DNA of 64,000 nucleotides from Basidiobolus meristosporus CBS 931.73. Lineage: Eukaryota > Fungi > Basidiobolomycota. The notes under the pieces were generated by a model. That model had not been told where the DNA came from and searched no databases. It saw only the letters and a list, made by a program, of their open reading frames with translations. The stretch is taken from NCBI GenBank assembly GCA_002104905.1, contig MCFE01000282.1, positions 1-64,000 on the forward strand, read 5' to 3'. Of the stretch, positions 63,031-64,000 are shown one piece after another (position 1 is the stretch's first letter; each line of letters begins with the position of its first letter). The translations under genes and the position numbers were made by a program.

Positions 63031-64000
63031 TTAGGCGGGCTTACGGAAACTGGCCTGAATGAAGATTCGATCGAACACCATGTCCCGCTTACGGTTGACC
63101 GTCTCTTTGTTGATGTAGTCCACGTTCATCAGCTCGAAGCCCTCGTTGGTGAACAGCTCGACGAGGAACTCCCTGGAGAAGTAGTAGGCCATGGTTCCGT
63201 CCTGGCGGACGTAGAAGTTGTCCCGTAGTTTGCTTCCAGGCTTGAATCGGAGCTGGGCCTGATCATACAGCCCATAGTCCCGGAAGAGGACTTGCCCGTT
63301 GGGCTTCATGACCTATAGGATGGGGGAGGGGATTTCCGTGAATCTGGGTTCGCCAAGCACCGCTGCGTTGTCGCCTACCTCGAAAAGATTCCGCACCGCG
63401 AAGGCCATCTTCTCCGGGGGGATCGCGGAGAGAACAAATATGGCCGAGATGAAATCGACTGTGTTGGGGGAGATGTTATCCTGGAGCTTGTCCTTGGTCA
63501 GATCACATACAAACGCGTTGCATCGGCCCTCGCTGTATTGTGGGTTTTGCTGGGGTTGGTGAGAAGCTGTGTGTGGTGGGAAGCAGCTGGAACAATGGCT
63601 TACCTTCACAAACTCCACCGCCCGCTGGGAGAAGTCGCATGCGTGCATGAACAGGTTGGGGTTGGAGTTCAACACGGGGTAGATGAAGTTTCCGACGCCA
63701 CAGCCAACCTCTAGACACACCTAGAAAATGGAGGCTTGGTTCAGCGGGGCTGTCCAGGGGGGACGAAATAGATATGAATGGGACCTTTCTCTCGGGAGGT
63801 TGCTCGGGGTCGTAACGTAGTTCCTCGAATTCTCTGTCGATCCAGTGGCGATCCTTGAAGAAGTTCGTGGTGTTTCTTTTGTAGAAAAGATCCCTAGATG
63901 ACGGTGAGTTCGGTGGGGTTTGGTTGGGCCGGATAAGGCGGAAGGTTACCAGTTTTTCGCCGCCTCGTTGGTGTACTTGTTGGCCCAGAATTCTGGGACT
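63031..64000 (-). CDS. tRNA N3-methylcytidine methyltransferase, METTL6/METTL2 (Trm140/141) family; 5' end outside window. Exons >64000-63950, 63893-63785, 63720-63604, 63549-63379, 63312-63031
   Basis: KNWDLFYKRNTTNFFKDRHWIDREFEEL, LEVGCGVGN (SAM motif I), ACDFS, FVCDLT, IFVLSAI, LFRDYGLYD, YVRQDGT..YYF. Four GT-AG introns restore the frame. Confidence 0.92.

Noticed and set aside
1-64000. tRNA, rRNA or other structured RNA genes
   Set aside because: None recognised; only short PBS motifs complementary to tRNAiMet are present.

Overview
Eukaryotic, most likely fungal (probably early-diverging) genomic DNA in two sharply different compartments. Bases ~1-60,100 are an AT-rich, almost CpG-free graveyard of nested, mostly decayed transposons. 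It holds at least 7 fragments of one CACTA/EnSpm-like (Tnp2) DNA transposon ('family D') carrying a divergent second ORF, Ty1/Copia elements (families A and C; the youngest is full length at 51,989-56,452 with ~97% identical LTRs and a GATTG target-site duplication, TSD), Ty3/Gypsy relics (family B, 4-bp TSD), many solo LTRs (A, B, F, G), and a palindromic MITE family with AGACTTG termini and an ATT TSD. Two short AT-rich coding fragments that match none of these families replace transposon sequence: one at ~14.19-14.47 kb resembles the C-terminus of a viral/plasmid D5-type primase-helicase, and one at ~26.26-26.59 kb encodes a coiled coil. Bases ~60,150-64,000 are GC- and CpG-rich and hold two intact intron-containing minus-strand genes: a tyrosine aminotransferase and the 3' part of a METTL6/METTL2-like tRNA m3C methyltransferase. 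No rRNA, tRNA or CRISPR array was seen. Alignments and counts were done by eye, family letters are my own labels, and boundaries of decayed relics are approximate.
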